Source: a virus (taxonomy: Duplodnaviria > Caudoviricetes). Taken from it: 64,000 bases of DNA. The stretch lies in IMG/VR virus record IMGVR_UViG_2597490325_000001, positions 64,001-128,000 of that record; one strand, 5' to 3'. Below the pieces are notes generated by a model. That model saw only the letters and a program-made list of their open reading frames with translations. It had not been told where the DNA came from and did no database searches. Positions 1 through 8,561 of the stretch are shown here, one piece after another (within the stretch, counting starts at the first letter, position 1; each line of letters begins with the position of its first letter). The position numbers were made by a program, and so were the translations under genes.

Positions 1-1
1 A

Positions 2-535
2 TCTAAAGCTTCCGATGATGAAGAGGAAGATGAAGAAGAATCTAACGGTGGTAAACCTCTCTTCGGCGGTAAAGCTAAGAAAGCTGCAACTCTGCGTACT
101 CCGAAAGAAGGCGCAACAATGCCGCGTGAAAATATCATTTCCATGATCGCTGAAAAGCTGGATTGCACTAAAGCTGAAGCAAAAACTGCTCTGGTTGGTA
201 TTGAAGAAGTCCTGAAAGAAGTTGGTGAACAATACTCCTTCCGCTTCATGGATTCCAACTTCCGTCGTCGTGTAGTTAATACTCGCGATTACAAAGGTGC
301 AGGTGGTCTGACTGAACGTGTATCTAGCGATGTTGCTGCTATGACTACTCGTGTCGAATCCCACGTTTCCCTGAAAGGCGAAGTAACTTACGATCGTCGT
401 ACCATTCGTGGTGTTGGCGAAGGTGATGACTTCCGTGAAGGTAACATGGTTAATGGTAAATTCGTAGCTGGTACCTGGGATGAAGAAGGTAACTTCACTC
501 CATCTGAAAAGAAAGTCAAAAAAGCTAAAAAATAA
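2..535 (+). CDS. HU/IHF-like DNA-binding protein with an acidic upstream segment, 5' truncated by the window edge
   Basis: Frame is open from nt 2 (SKASDDEEEDEEES...). MPRENIISMIAEKLDCTKAEAKTAL resembles the HU N-terminal helices. Basic C-tail and strong codon bias. Confidence 0.5.
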   Translation, partial: SKASDDEEEDEEESNGGKPLFGGKAKKAATLRTPKEGATMPRENIISMIAEKLDCTKAEAKTALVGIEEVLKEVGEQYSFRFMDSNFRRRVVNTRDYKGAGGLTERVSSDVAAMTTRVESHVSLKGEVTYDRRTIRGVGEGDDFREGNMVNGKFVAGTWDEEGNFTPSEKKVKKAKK

Positions 536-566
536 TATTGACTAATAGTTAATATTAGATAAAGAT

Positions 567-596
567 TCCCCATAACGTTTAAAAGCGTTATGGGGA
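567..596 (+). terminator. Intrinsic terminator hairpin
   Basis: TCCCCATAACG-tttaaaag-CGTTATGGGGA inverted repeat after the stop codon. Confidence 0.7.
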
Positions 597-633
597 TCCT
601 TCAATATTATTTTTATATAAGAGGCTAAGAGAA

Positions 634-2445
634 TTGGAAACTATAGATCTCAACTTCGTCAATAATAAGAATCCAGAAGAAGTTTTTGAAATCACTGACG
701 GATTGATTGAAATCTTCCGTGATGATTGGCATAGAGCCTTTGAACAAGTAAAGATTAAAATTAAAAAAGAAACTAAGGTTATCAACCTTAACTCACTGTT
801 CACTGGTCTTATCTATTCAACTACAAGATTCCCTTTAGATAGAGAACTGACAGTTGATGATTTAGTACTGGACTTAACATCTGGTGTAAATGAAAATATT
901 GCTAACTATTTAGATGATACTATCTTAGAATTCACTAAGCAAGATGGTGATATTTCAGAGCTGTCATTATTCATTAGTAAGGCACTTTCCAGAGCAGCTA
1001 GTTATAGTTGGAATATTAACCACTTCCGTGGTAATACTATTAATATTTATGATCTCATTAAACTCATGCAAGAGAATCCTGATCTGCGTAAGATCATTAA
1101 CTTTGAGAGCAATGAGAATCTACAGTTCGCTGAAATTGAGTCAAGCGTAGAAGAGCAAACTAAAAAACTTGTAAAAATTCTACGTTCCAAAGAAGTTGAC
1201 TCATGTTTTAAAAATATCATTCCATCTGTATCTATCAAGCAGTTCCAACAGGTATTTGTCAATATTTCTCTTAAGCCAGACTTGTATGGTATCATTATTA
1301 GTAAACCAATTAATACAAGTTTCTTTAGAGGTATGCGTAATAGTACTGATTACTATATCAACGCTCAAGGTGCCCGTAAAGCGCTTGTAACTAACGCAAC
1401 AAGTGTTAGGTCTGCTGGTTATCTTGCTCGTAAGCTCATTCTTCTTTGTCTTGGTACTCAACTCGATAGAGAAGTGGAAGATTGCGGAACTAATAATCTC
1501 ATTGAACTTAAACTTGATAATAAAGATCAAGCTAAACGTTTTACAAATAGTTTCTATAAGCTTAAACCTAGTGATAAGAAATTGTCATTGGTTACTAATA
1601 AAAACTACATGGATATTGTAGGTAAAACAGTACACTTCCGCTCTCCAATTACATGTAAATTAGGGGATGGTAAAATCTGTAAAACCTGCTATGGACATTT
1701 GTCTCATACTAATAATTTCCATATTGGCATTTCAGCTATACTGGTTCTATGTAATCAACTTATTCAACGTCTACTGTCGTCTAAACACCTATTACAAGTC
1801 TCAACTGAAAAGATTGAACTTGATGAGACAATTAGCAAATACTTCTATGTAGATAAAGATATCTTAGTTGCAAAAGAGACTTTCAAATTGTCTCTTACTG
1901 AGGTAACTGAAGCTCATAACGCTAAGCAAGTTCATGGAATTAAAATTGTAGATGAGTCTGATGAGATATTAGATTATCAGTTCTTGGATATGGAAGTATT
2001 CGATTCTATCATTTCTGAGAATTTAGATAAAGACAATTCTATAGATGTTGAACCAAATCAGCCTATTTTCAAATTTAACGTTGAGAATACTGAGATTTCT
2101 GCTCCACTTAAAAAGCTATTATCTTTGATCGAATCTGAGGTAGAGCTTAACAAACGTTCTTCAGTTAATGAATTACTTAAAGATTTAATTGATCTCTTGA
2201 ACTTATCAGGTATTCGTTTATCTGCTACAGGTCTTCAGATTCTAGTTAAATCACTGGCTAGAGATCCTTCCAATATTATGGAAAGAACTACTGATTTGAA
2301 TGATGTATACTTCCTACGTGTTCATAATGCCATTCTTAACAGTAAATCATTGTCTATCGGTTTAGCATACGAACGTTTAAAACTTCAATTAGAATCGAAT
2401 ATCTTTGATAAGACAGAGTCTTCTGTCTTGGATGTACTTTTCTAA
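634..2445 (+). CDS. Multisubunit RNA polymerase beta' subunit, C-terminal part (phage split RNAP)
   Basis: Bridge helix SAGYLARKL, DCGT, RSPITC...ICKTCYG zinc site and trigger-loop-like NQLIQRLLSSKH, all typical of RpoC C-terminal regions. Confidence 0.9.
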   Translation: METIDLNFVNNKNPEEVFEITDGLIEIFRDDWHRAFEQVKIKIKKETKVINLNSLFTGLIYSTTRFPLDRELTVDDLVLDLTSGVNENIANYLDDTILEFTKQDGDISELSLFISKALSRAASYSWNINHFRGNTINIYDLIKLMQENPDLRKIINFESNENLQFAEIESSVEEQTKKLVKILRSKEVDSCFKNIIPSVSIKQFQQVFVNISLKPDLYGIIISKPINTSFFRGMRNSTDYYINAQGARKALVTNATSVRSAGYLARKLILLCLGTQLDREVEDCGTNNLIELKLDNKDQAKRFTNSFYKLKPSDKKLSLVTNKNYMDIVGKTVHFRSPITCKLGDGKICKTCYGHLSHTNNFHIGISAILVLCNQLIQRLLSSKHLLQVSTEKIELDETISKYFYVDKDILVAKETFKLSLTEVTEAHNAKQVHGIKIVDESDEILDYQFLDMEVFDSIISENLDKDNSIDVEPNQPIFKFNVENTEISAPLKKLLSLIESEVELNKRSSVNELLKDLIDLLNLSGIRLSATGLQILVKSLARDPSNIMERTTDLNDVYFLRVHNAILNSKSLSIGLAYERLKLQLESNIFDKTESSVLDVLF

Positions 2446-2466
2446 ATAACTTTAATAGGGATCAAA

Positions 2467-2982
2467 ATGTCTAGTAATAACGAGTACGATATCGTAAAAA
2501 AGATGTTTGATCACGCTATTGTTGAAGCTAATGCGTCTCCAGATACTCGACAGAAAGTAGGTGCTGTTATTGCAACTGGTGATCTAAGTAATATTATCTC
2601 TACGGGGTGGAATGGTCGCCCCGTTGTAGATAAAGATTTCAATAAATGTGTGAATCCTAAAACATCATCATCTTTCCCACAACTGATTCATGCAGAAGAA
2701 CGTGCTATTATTAAAGCAGGTTTTGATAAGTGTAATGGCGCTACTATTTTTGTAACACATTGCCCTTGTTTAAGATGTGCTGCCAGAATTATTGAATCTG
2801 GTATTAAGCGTGTTTACTTCATGAAAGAACACGATGAACTGGAAGGAGCTGAATATCTTCTAGCCAACGGCATTGAAGTTAGTCAAGTACCTTTCTTAAG
2901 ACGAACTATTTCTCCCAACGATCAATTCTTAAGCGAATTGGTTCCTGGAGAAGTAAAGAGTTTAAAAGAAACTGGTAAGTAA
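2467..2982 (+). CDS. dCMP deaminase-family protein
   Basis: RQKVGAVI, STGWNG, HAE and PCLRC zinc deaminase motifs. Confidence 0.9.
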   Translation: MSSNNEYDIVKKMFDHAIVEANASPDTRQKVGAVIATGDLSNIISTGWNGRPVVDKDFNKCVNPKTSSSFPQLIHAEERAIIKAGFDKCNGATIFVTHCPCLRCAARIIESGIKRVYFMKEHDELEGAEYLLANGIEVSQVPFLRRTISPNDQFLSELVPGEVKSLKETGK

Positions 2983-2983
2983 T

Positions 2984-3211
2984 ATGTATAAAGTGACCGA
3001 AGTAATTAGTAACTCTGTAAATATTCATTTTAAAGCACAAGAAGATTTATTATTTAAATTTGGAAGAGGTTATGTGACAAGTCTCCAAATGGAAACTCTT
3101 TTCTTAGCTCAATCTAAATTTTATGCAAAATTGGATTTATGGAAAAGTAGTAGCTTCGATATGAGTGAGGTTATCTCTAGAGGTTCTACTATTCGAATTA
3201 CTGATAACTAG
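2984..3211 (+). CDS. Hypothetical protein
   Basis: ORF starts immediately after the upstream stop. Confidence 0.55.
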   Translation: MYKVTEVISNSVNIHFKAQEDLLFKFGRGYVTSLQMETLFLAQSKFYAKLDLWKSSSFDMSEVISRGSTIRITDN

Positions 3212-3219
3212 GTTACTTT

Positions 3220-3480
3220 ATGCTTACTTTAAGAATTCTCAAGGATGAGAAACGCCCTTTTCATTTTAATGGTACTTCATTTAAACATACTGTAGAAGTT
3301 TGGTTCAGTGAAAGTGTTAAATATATAGCTAATCCTTTAAACGGTATGATGAATTTTTCAGTCAAGTACAAATTTGTATTGGATTCTGAAAAATTTTATT
3401 CAAAGGTAAATTATTTTGCCATTCGTACTGGTTATCGTAATAAAGTATATGTATTAACTATTAGATCTACAGGCTTCTAA
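3220..3480 (+). CDS. Hypothetical protein
   Basis: ORF in operon, AGGT RBS. Confidence 0.55.
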   Translation: MLTLRILKDEKRPFHFNGTSFKHTVEVWFSESVKYIANPLNGMMNFSVKYKFVLDSEKFYSKVNYFAIRTGYRNKVYVLTIRSTGF

Positions 3481-3491
3481 CAGAAAGTTAG
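3479..3491 (+). promoter_or_regulatory. Late-type promoter AACA-N6-TAG heading tRNA cluster 1
   Basis: AACAGAAAGTTAG; 17 intergenic copies of the motif in the window. Confidence 0.7.
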
Positions 3492-3618
3492 AAATGAAAG
3501 ACTAAAGCTTCCATTCCTGACTCATTTAGTAATTTCTTAGCCTTTTTATAGGGATAATAACTTTTCATTATCCCTTCTTTTCATAAAGTACTTACGAGTA
3601 TATTATGAAAAGAATTTC

Positions 3619-3653
3619 GGTGCATAGCTCAGTAGGATAGTAGCAACTGCATC
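3619..3653 (+). pseudogene. tRNA remnant (acceptor-like stem plus D-arm only)
   Basis: GGTGCA-TAGCTCAGTAGGATAGTAGCAAC-TGCATC; no anticodon or T arm. Confidence 0.5.
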
Positions 3654-3658
3654 AAATT

Positions 3659-3735
3659 CGGGGTGTAGCATAATAGGATAATGCACCGACCTTCTAAGTC
3701 GGCTTACGTGGGTTCGACTCCCTCCGTCCCGACCA
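3659..3735 (+). tRNA. tRNA-Arg(UCU)
   Basis: Anticodon arm CCGAC-CTTCTAA-GTCGG, GGTTCGACTCC T-arm, encoded CCA. Confidence 0.9.
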
Positions 3736-3746
3736 AATTAATTTAT

Positions 3747-3828
3747 GCGAATGTGGCGAAATTGGTAGACGCCCCAGATTTAGGTTCTGGTATCGAAAGG
3801 TGTGTGGGTTCGACTCCCTCCATTCGCA
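3747..3828 (+). tRNA. tRNA-Leu(UAG)
   Basis: GCGAATG/CATTCGC acceptor, CCAGA-TTTAGGT-TCTGG, long variable arm; CCA not encoded. Confidence 0.9.
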
Positions 3829-3837
3829 ATCTATTCT

Positions 3838-3925
3838 GTCTGCTTGTCCAAATTGGTAAAGGAAGGAGACTTAAAATCTCCCGGCTGTAACAGCCTTATG
3901 GGTTCGACTCCCTTAGCAGATACCA
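3838..3925 (+). tRNA. tRNA-Leu(UAA)
   Basis: GGAGA-CTTAAAA-TCTCC anticodon arm, variable arm GGCTG-taa-CAGCC, encoded CCA. Confidence 0.9.
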
Positions 3926-3942
3926 CTTATAGGAATTTCTGA

Positions 3943-4035
3943 GTGAAACAAGAAATCCCAATTGATTTAAAATCATATGAAAAAATGATTAGAGACCTAG
4001 TGAATTCTGCATTAAGTAGAACTTATCAAGGTTAA
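3943..4035 (+). CDS. 30-aa small ORF between tRNAs (not in ORF track)
   Basis: TAGGAA RBS, GTG start, MKQEIPIDLKSYEKMIRDLVNSALSRTYQG*. Confidence 0.4.
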   Translation: MKQEIPIDLKSYEKMIRDLVNSALSRTYQG

Positions 4036-4042
4036 GTATTAT

Positions 4043-4120
4043 GGGCCATTAGCATAGTGCTCTAATGCAGCCAGCTCATAACTGGAAGATCACCGGTTGG
4101 AATCGCGGTATGGCCCACCA
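4043..4120 (+). tRNA. tRNA with CAU anticodon (Ile2 or elongator Met), atypical D and T loops
   Basis: GGGCCAT/ATGGCCC acceptor, CCAG-CTCATAA-CTGG, T-loop TTGGAAT, encoded CCA. Confidence 0.75.
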
Positions 4121-4133
4121 TTAAATAAAATTT

Positions 4134-4161
4134 CCCATATCCTTCGAAAGAGGGATATGGG
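4134..4161 (+). terminator. Member of the conserved CCCATATCC...GGATATGGG terminator family
   Basis: CCCATATCCtTC-gaaa-GAgGGATATGGG followed by a T-rich tract. Confidence 0.8.
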
Positions 4162-4222
4162 AGTTTATTTCTTTTTTATTCATATATAATTATAATAGAA
4201 TATAACTTTATAGGAAAATATA

Positions 4223-4750
4223 ATGAAAGACAAGATGCAAAAAATTTTAGATAATATTAAAAAAGATGAAAATGGCTGTTGGATATGGCAAAGGTCTTTA
4301 ACTGGTTCAGGATATGGTCAAATATTTGCTGAAGGTAGAAATCATTCAGTACATAAATATGTATTTGAATTAATTAATGGTAAAGTTCCAAATAAATACG
4401 TAGTTCGTCATAAATGCCATAATCGTAAATGCTGTAATCCAGATCATCTACTATCTGGAACAAATAAAGATAACTATCATGATTCTATTGAAGTATTTAA
4501 AAAAATTCATAAAAGTAAAAGACTTAAATGGATTATAAACGATGTTTCTTATCCTAATTCAAGAATTTCGTCTAAGATAACTAAACTTTCTCAGAGTATA
4601 ATTTGTAAGCATATGGATAAAGAAACTAGAATATTTGATTATGATAGTTATGCTAAAGCGTGTAAAATAGCCAATGTTGAACCTAAGAAGTTACCAACTC
4701 TTAAGACTCTCACTAAAGAGCAGAAGAAACTCATTGAGGATAATATGTAA
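4223..4750 (+). CDS. HNH homing endonuclease (free-standing, next to tRNA cluster)
   Basis: CWIWQ...GYG...VVRHKCHNRKCCNPDHL...TNKDN beta-beta-alpha-metal motif; early-type motif ATATATAAT at 4182. Confidence 0.85.
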   Translation: MKDKMQKILDNIKKDENGCWIWQRSLTGSGYGQIFAEGRNHSVHKYVFELINGKVPNKYVVRHKCHNRKCCNPDHLLSGTNKDNYHDSIEVFKKIHKSKRLKWIINDVSYPNSRISSKITKLSQSIICKHMDKETRIFDYDSYAKACKIANVEPKKLPTLKTLTKEQKKLIEDNM

Positions 4751-5037
4751 TGCTTAGAATCCATAGAAATGCTGCAATTTTCAGCATTTCAGAAATTGAT
4801 GAGTGTATGCTTTTTCTAGGTTTTATAAAGACCTTAAAACATGTAAAAGATTATACTAAGATAGATGATGAAGATGATTATAGAAAATCATTTTATATTA
4901 TTGGCCCTAATCCTGAAATGAAAGGTATGAATAGAGTTCAGGTAATAGAGCATAGTAACCCATTAAGGAAATCTCATACTTTCTTTTATTCCATAGAGAA
5001 AAAATATAATGCTAAAAGTATCTGGCTCAAGAAATAA
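4750..5037 (+). CDS. Hypothetical protein
   Basis: TAATG stop/start overlap. Confidence 0.55.
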   Translation: MLRIHRNAAIFSISEIDECMLFLGFIKTLKHVKDYTKIDDEDDYRKSFYIIGPNPEMKGMNRVQVIEHSNPLRKSHTFFYSIEKKYNAKSIWLKK

Positions 5038-5218
5038 ACTTATTACTTATTCCAGATATCATGAGTTTATTGCATATTTTGAGGATAACTTAGGTATTGA
5101 AAACTTAACTATAAAACGTATAATTTATCGTACCAAAAGGACTTATAATAATATAGAAACAATAAATTTCTGGTTTGCTGAAAATGTATTATGGAATAGT
5201 AAACTATGTTTATTATAG
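5009..5218 (+). CDS. Hypothetical protein
   Basis: Overlapping ORF in operon. Confidence 0.45.
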   Translation: MLKVSGSRNKLITYSRYHEFIAYFEDNLGIENLTIKRIIYRTKRTYNNIETINFWFAENVLWNSKLCLL

Positions 5219-5445
5219 GTTATGTAGTACCTAATAAAATTAATCACCATAGAACTTCTTTAGTTACTCATTCATTATTTAATGTAATGGGAGTAGATGA
5301 TGATTATGATATAGAAAATGATTACTTTTTAGAGATATTTATCGATTTAGAAAATGTACCTATTGATGATTCAAATAAAGTAGTAACTATACAGCATCAT
5401 GTAGGTCTATGTGAAAATAAATGGTTAGTATTTACTCCTTATTAA
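5206..5445 (+). CDS. Hypothetical protein
   Basis: Overlapping ORF in operon. Confidence 0.5.
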   Translation: MFIIGYVVPNKINHHRTSLVTHSLFNVMGVDDDYDIENDYFLEIFIDLENVPIDDSNKVVTIQHHVGLCENKWLVFTPY

Positions 5446-5530
5446 AGTACGAATAAGCAACAGTTTAGTAGTTAGTTGAGAAACACTAACTACAATAGAA
5501 ACTAGTACTCAGAAATAAGGAAGACATAAA

Positions 5531-5965
5531 ATGTCTATTACAGTAAAAATTATGAATGACACTCACCCTAGACGTGGTGACGATAATATTTCATCAAGAT
5601 TTAAGCTTGTGCATATTCCTGATGGTGGTTCTTTTCAGATTAACCGCCCTCAAGCAAGAGACCTTAATGAAGATCTTTCAATAGATTCCCCATTAGTTGG
5701 TAGACCGGATTTAGGATATTGTACGTTATCTGTATTTGGTAGTGATGGTTCCGATTTAGGTGCATTACATGTCATTAATGGTAATATGTATGTAATGGAT
5801 AATGGTAAAACCATCTCTACATTTTGGGGATGTTCTTATCCTATTGACGACCCTAAGCTATCAGACCTCGAACCAATGGAAGTTAAAGAAGATAAAGTTC
5901 TAGATAAAAATAAATCTTTCATTACTCCTCTAGAGCATCAAGAGATTTTAAGATCTCGATTATAA
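5531..5965 (+). CDS. Hypothetical late-type protein
   Basis: AACA-N6-TAG at 5459, TAAGGA RBS, terminator near 5994. Confidence 0.7.
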   Translation: MSITVKIMNDTHPRRGDDNISSRFKLVHIPDGGSFQINRPQARDLNEDLSIDSPLVGRPDLGYCTLSVFGSDGSDLGALHVINGNMYVMDNGKTISTFWGCSYPIDDPKLSDLEPMEVKEDKVLDKNKSFITPLEHQEILRSRL

Positions 5966-6143
5966 GTATTAATATTTTAAATATTAAAAATAACCCATAT
6001 CCTTCCAAAGAGGGATATGGGAGTTTTATTACAAAATGTAGCGGCGGTATAAATAAGCATATATTATTACCATGAAGTAGCATAGGAAGCTGACATAATG
6101 ATTATTAATATCATTTAAACCGTACGGTAATGGGGTATATAAT

Positions 6144-6431
6144 ATGATCGCTGAAAATATATCTTTACTTGTGAACGATATGTATGCTGAATTAGTTAAC
6201 CATTTAGATGATAATTTATCTGGTAAGCCTAGCTACATAACCGAGTATAATTTAGAAGATTTGACTATAGAACAGCTGAATGACTTATCTGAATCATTAG
6301 TTGATAAACTGACTAATGAGCTAATAGAGAATCCTTTAGCTGCAAGAGTTGAAATATCTATCTCTATCACTAACAAATCTGAAATTTCAGTAGAGGAAAA
6401 TCTGATAGAACATGACAATCTACCAGAATAG
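6144..6431 (+). CDS. Acidic hypothetical early-type protein
   Basis: ATATATTAT at 6059, GGGG RBS, terminator near 6440. Confidence 0.65.
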   Translation: MIAENISLLVNDMYAELVNHLDDNLSGKPSYITEYNLEDLTIEQLNDLSESLVDKLTNELIENPLAARVEISISITNKSEISVEENLIEHDNLPE

Positions 6432-6482
6432 TAACTAATAAAGCCTACTTAGGTAGGCTTTATTTTTATATAAGGAATACAA

Positions 6483-7133
6483 TTGTATATTCACACTTAT
6501 AACAAAGAACTTCCAGATAGCTCTAATGAAAATATAAGATCGATTCTTATGGTCTATGCTTCATCTGCATATGCTGTTAATTCAGCTGTATCACTTGATA
6601 TAGTTCAGTGGTTTGTAAAATTACATGAAATAAAAGAATCGCAAATTCTAATAAGGGTACACAGTGAATATTTTAAGGTGGAGGGGTAGGCAACCTATTC
6701 AAGAAGTACAAGACACTCTTTCAGAAATTAATCAGAGAGAAATTTCACAATTGGTTCATGATATAGTTGTTGATCGTCTTCCAATGAGTAGTATAGCATA
6801 TGAAGAAAAGATGGTATTCAATGGTAGAACTAGCTATCCTTATATAAGATTATTATGGATTAGAAAATGTTAACTTTATTACGTATTAATAAATCTAGAG
6901 AGCATCGCTTAGAAATATTAGTAGAGTCTAAACGATTTTCTGCTTTAGCTGAAGCTGAGGTTCTATTATTACCTTTTTCTCGTAGATTTGAAACAGAATA
7001 TTTGTATTTCCATACTAGCTTTAAAAAATCTGAGAAACCTATAAGTCTTCGTTGCTCGCCAGAATTTGTAAATTTTTGTAACAAAAATACAGGATTCTAT
7101 GATTCTTCTTTAGAAGAACAAATTGTTTTCTAG
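6483..7133 (+). CDS. Three small overlapping hypothetical ORFs (6483-6689, 6664-6873, 6867-7133)
   Basis: Overlapping ORFs; TAAGGA RBS before the first. Confidence 0.5.
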
Positions 7134-7270
7134 AGCTAACAAAAAAGTAGAAATGAAACCTCCGGCTGTGAGCGCATCCCGATTCGGTTACTTTCTAGCT
7201 TCTTTCATATCCTTCTTATTGTTATGGTCTCTAGGAAGTGGGATAAATGGATTTTATCCCACTCCTATTT

Positions 7271-7390
7271 AGTATTTTTATTGTAGGGCAGGTACTTACT
7301 TTTAATCTACAGGAAAATCCTGGGGTTATCCACAGAGAGTATGCAACGTATTGGGCTATACATTGAAACTTGCCCTACAATAAAAATATT
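7271..7390 (+). ncRNA. Putative structured small RNA closed by a ~23-bp stem
   Basis: AGTATTTTTATTGTAGGGCAGGT (7271-7293) pairs with ACTTGCCCTACAATAAAAATATT (7368-7390); no ORF. Confidence 0.5.
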
Positions 7391-7407
7391 TTATAACAAA
7401 AGAATTA

Positions 7408-7526
7408 GAAGAGTATTTAATGATACTGTATTAGGTTTTCCCTCTTCCTTTAAACCTAATTAAGCCTGGGTTGGTTAGCCGAAAGCAATAGTAACTAATA
7501 CAGTATCGATTAAGTATTTTTTTTTT
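7408..7526 (+). ncRNA. Putative structured small RNA closed by a long stem
   Basis: GAGTATTTAATGATACTGTATTAG pairs with CTAATACAGTATCGATTAAGTATTT; AACA-N7-TAG at 7395. Confidence 0.5.
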
Positions 7527-7535
7527 AAGAATTTA

Positions 7536-7613
7536 GACTCGCTAGCTCAGTTGGTTAGTAGCGGATGACTGTTAATCATCAGGTCGCAGGTTCAAGCCCT
7601 GCGCGAGTCGCCA
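7536..7613 (+). tRNA. tRNA-Asn(GUU)
   Basis: GATGA-CTGTTAA-TCATC anticodon arm, GGTTCAAGCC T-arm, GCCA end. Confidence 0.92.
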
Positions 7614-7623
7614 TATTTATTAT

Positions 7624-7698
7624 TGTCCCTTAAATTAGTGGCTAGACAAATCCATTGTAAAATGGGCGGCACCAGTTCGATCCTGGTAGGGACAACCA
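7624..7698 (+). pseudogene. Degenerate tRNA or tRNA-like RNA (Tyr GUA or Thr UGU register ambiguous)
   Basis: Perfect TGTCCCT/AGGGACA acceptor, ACCAG-TTCGATC-CTGGT T-arm and CCA, but unpaired D-arm and a 6- or 8-nt anticodon loop. Confidence 0.6.
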
Positions 7699-7699
7699 A

Positions 7700-7969
7700 A
7701 TTAGTCTTATTCCATTAAGACTTACAGACTTAGCTACCAGCTTGGTATCTGAGAGCCTTCTCCCAAGGTTTACCCATAGTTCTATTCGAATAAGGTGAAG
7801 AATAGTTCCGATATAATCACTTCTTAGGAAATGATTAGTGTCTCAGCAAACCGTATGAGACTGAAAGGGTTGAAATAAACGGTTCCTCTAAATTAATAAG
7901 ATTGAATATATCGATCTTAGTGCCAAAGTCGCCAGATACATACGGCATAAATAAAGAGGAGTAGACTAA
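7700..7969 (+). ncRNA. Putative ~270-nt structured RNA with long-range pairings
   Basis: Terminal stem ATTAGTCT(T)ATTCC/GGAGTAGACTAAT; internal GTATCTG/CAGATAC, CCGTATG/CATACGG and GACTT/AAGTC. Confidence 0.5.
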
Positions 7970-8320
7970 TCAACTACCCTTCTTTATATAAAAATTTCCT
8001 TGTTGAAATGGTAAGGAAGGTAGTTATGCCTGATTCGAAAGAATCTAAATAACAAAAAAATAGAAGTCCTCGCTTCTAGATGACGGATCAATTTTTTGTT
8101 GTATAAGTCATTAAATTTGAGGTTTTGAGAAAAACTGAGGTTTTTGTCATTAGGCTCTTTACATTTTTGCCCTCACAATTTGTAATTACTTTGCCACTGC
8201 ATATCTTCTTTATGAAGAAAAAATCTACTGTCAGAAGTAGAAACATGAATTCCTTTCAGGCTGAAAGGTGGATGCCCTTATTTAGATAACTCTAGATAAG
8301 GGCATTAACAACCCACGATT

Positions 8321-8561
8321 ACGGGGATGTAGTGTTTATTTTTCTAGGTAGTGAAAGCGTGCACCAGTAACTACCATGTTTACCTCCCACTAAAATGGTG
8401 AAGAGTTAGATCAACTCTTTACTAGGCTACATAGGTATGTAGGGTATTGGAGGTTAAACATTCTATAAATACCAAATGTTAAATTGGTGGAATGCCTATC
8501 CGAGATAACTATCAGATAGAATAGTTAAAAGGGCGTTAGAAAAATTTCACTGCATCCCCGT
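8321..8561 (+). ncRNA. Putative ~240-nt multibranch structured RNA
   Basis: ACGGGGATGTAGTG/CACTGCATCCCCGT closing stem plus at least five internal helices. Confidence 0.6.

Noticed and set aside
3681-3890. 69-aa ORF in the track
   Set aside because: It runs through three tRNA genes
7700-7969. RNase P RNA or a fourth group I intron
   Set aside because: No GAGGAAAGUCC element, no TTCAACGACTA/AAGATATAGTC pair, and no flanking exons
8321-8561. tmRNA, because of the GGGGATGTA start
   Set aside because: No T-arm or CCA tRNA-like 3' end, no obvious tag ORF, and it is short for tmRNA
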